From Alphaproteobacteria bacterium (GTDB taxonomy: Bacteria > Pseudomonadota > Alphaproteobacteria > JAAXGF01), in contig CAUVXB020000002.1 of assembly GCA_963555825.3 (NCBI GenBank), positions 736,001 through 800,000 on the forward strand: a DNA stretch of 64,000 bases, given 5' to 3'. Positions 62,677-64,000 of this stretch are shown here, piece after piece. The notes under the pieces were generated by a model. It did no database searches. It was not told the origin of the DNA and was given only the letters and a program-made list of their open reading frames with translations. Position numbers and translations under genes: made by a program. The stretch's first letter is position 1, and each line of letters begins with the position of its first letter.

Positions 62677-63810
62677 ATGGCACAGTTTCCGGTATCGACC
62701 TCCAATGAACACGCTATTTATGCGGCACTGGAGTTGAGCAAGAACAGCTGGCTTTTGGCGATCCAGGCTCCGGGGCGGGGCAATCCGAGCTTGCATCCGA
62801 TCAAGGGCGGCGACGCTGAAGGACTGATGGCCAAGCTGGACGCGGCGCGGGACCGGGTGGTCAAGGTGACGGGTCGAACGCCGACGATAACGCTGTGCTA
62901 CGAGGCCGGCTACGACGGCTTCTGGTTGGCGCGGTTCCTCGAGCAGCGCGGCATCGAGTGTCTGGTCATGGAGCCGGCCAGCTTGCGGGTCAACCGCCGG
63001 GCGCGGCGGGTGAAGACCGACCGCATCGATGTCGAGAATATTCTTCATACGCTGATCGCCTGGTGCCGCGGCGAGCGTCATGTCTGCTCCATGGTGGTGA
63101 TTCCGAGCGTCGCGGAGGAGGACCTTCGCCGCTCTCATCGGGAACGTGACCGATTGGTCCGCGAGCGAACCGCCCACATCAACCGGATCAAGGGTCTGCT
63201 ATTCGGTCAGGGCATTCGCGGCATCAATGTCAAGGCGCGCTACAAGACCTTGACACCGGCGGCGCTGGTCACCGGAGACGGCCGACCCCTGCCGGACCGT
63301 CTCGGCCGCGAGATCGCGCGGGAGATCGCGAGACTGGCCCAGGTCCAAGCGCAGATCGTCGAGGTCGAGCGTGAGCGTGATCAAGCGCCGACACCGTGTG
63401 TGGCCACGGAAAGCAAGCGTCACCAGCTGCTGCGCTTAAAGGGCCTCGGCCCGGCCTTATCCACGACGCTCGCACGGGAAGTCTATTATCGCCAGTTCGC
63501 CAATCGCCGACAGGTGGCAAGCTATATCGGGATCACGCCCAGTGCCTATGACAGCGGCGACGGGCGCCGCAGCCAAGGCATCTCCAAGGCGGGCAATCGG
63601 CTGGCACGGGTTGCCATGATCGAAGCCGCATGGCTTTGGGTCCGCCATCAACCCGATAGCGCTCTGACCCAGTGGTTCCATGACCGCACCCAAGGTCAGA
63701 AGGGGCGCATCAGGCGCGTCATGATCGTCGCCCTGGCCCGCAAACTGGCGATCGCGCTTTGGCGGTATCTGGAAACCGGGCTGATCCCGGTGGGTGCTGT
63801 CGTCAAATAG
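62677..63810 (+). CDS. IS110/IS1111-family transposase
   Basis: ALELS, CYEAG.DG and KTDRID motifs; P..YDSG...QGISKAGN; ALARKL. Confidence 0.93.
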   Translation: MAQFPVSTSNEHAIYAALELSKNSWLLAIQAPGRGNPSLHPIKGGDAEGLMAKLDAARDRVVKVTGRTPTITLCYEAGYDGFWLARFLEQRGIECLVMEPASLRVNRRARRVKTDRIDVENILHTLIAWCRGERHVCSMVVIPSVAEEDLRRSHRERDRLVRERTAHINRIKGLLFGQGIRGINVKARYKTLTPAALVTGDGRPLPDRLGREIAREIARLAQVQAQIVEVERERDQAPTPCVATESKRHQLLRLKGLGPALSTTLAREVYYRQFANRRQVASYIGITPSAYDSGDGRRSQGISKAGNRLARVAMIEAAWLWVRHQPDSALTQWFHDRTQGQKGRIRRVMIVALARKLAIALWRYLETGLIPVGAVVK

Positions 63811-64000
63811 GACTGCGGATCAGCTCAGCGTTCTAACGGGCTTCATTCCCCGATGGGAACGCTTGTTGGCAGGTTGGATGTGTGACTGCATGTCTCCTTG
63901 GCGAAGGTGCCGTCCACAAGATTAGTCCCATCCCCGTCCTGTGATGGTCCATGTATACAGCATTGTGGCAAGCCGGATCGGAGCTGCCGGATATAAGGTG

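Overview
GC-rich, probably alphaproteobacterial (Rhodospirillales-like) chromosome window in three parts. (1) 1-35.7 kb is an IS-saturated, decaying accessory region with about 20 complete, nested or truncated IS elements (IS21, IS5, IS1380, IS630, IS256, IS30, IS3, IS110, IS1182-like). They interrupt a small metabolic block (GntR, atypical PanB, phosphonopyruvate decarboxylase), a PIN/HTH toxin-antitoxin pair, a terminase pseudogene and a minus-strand defence island (qatD split in three, Fic, AbiJ-NTD4-like, HNH). (2) 35.75-45.68 kb is an apparently intact ~9.9 kb tail-less, capsid-forming phage satellite integrated in tRNA-Met. It encodes integrase, AlpA-like protein, primase-helicase, lambda-type portal, HK97-type capsid and protease, GpA-type terminase and a possible head-completion protein. 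It also carries an unannotated tRNA-Pyl-shaped RNA with a CUA (amber) anticodon and a G3-U70 alanine identity pair. (3) 45.8-64 kb holds core and accessory genes: CxxC-type mnmA preceded by a PLP C-S lyase fused to NifU domains, a ureohydrolase, a LapG-like peptidase, a Flp pilin, an M20 hydrolase, a CADD/TenA-fold protein and a caspase-like protein with an internal amber codon, plus further IS630, IS21 and IS110 copies. All assignments come from motif recognition by eye; no searches were run.
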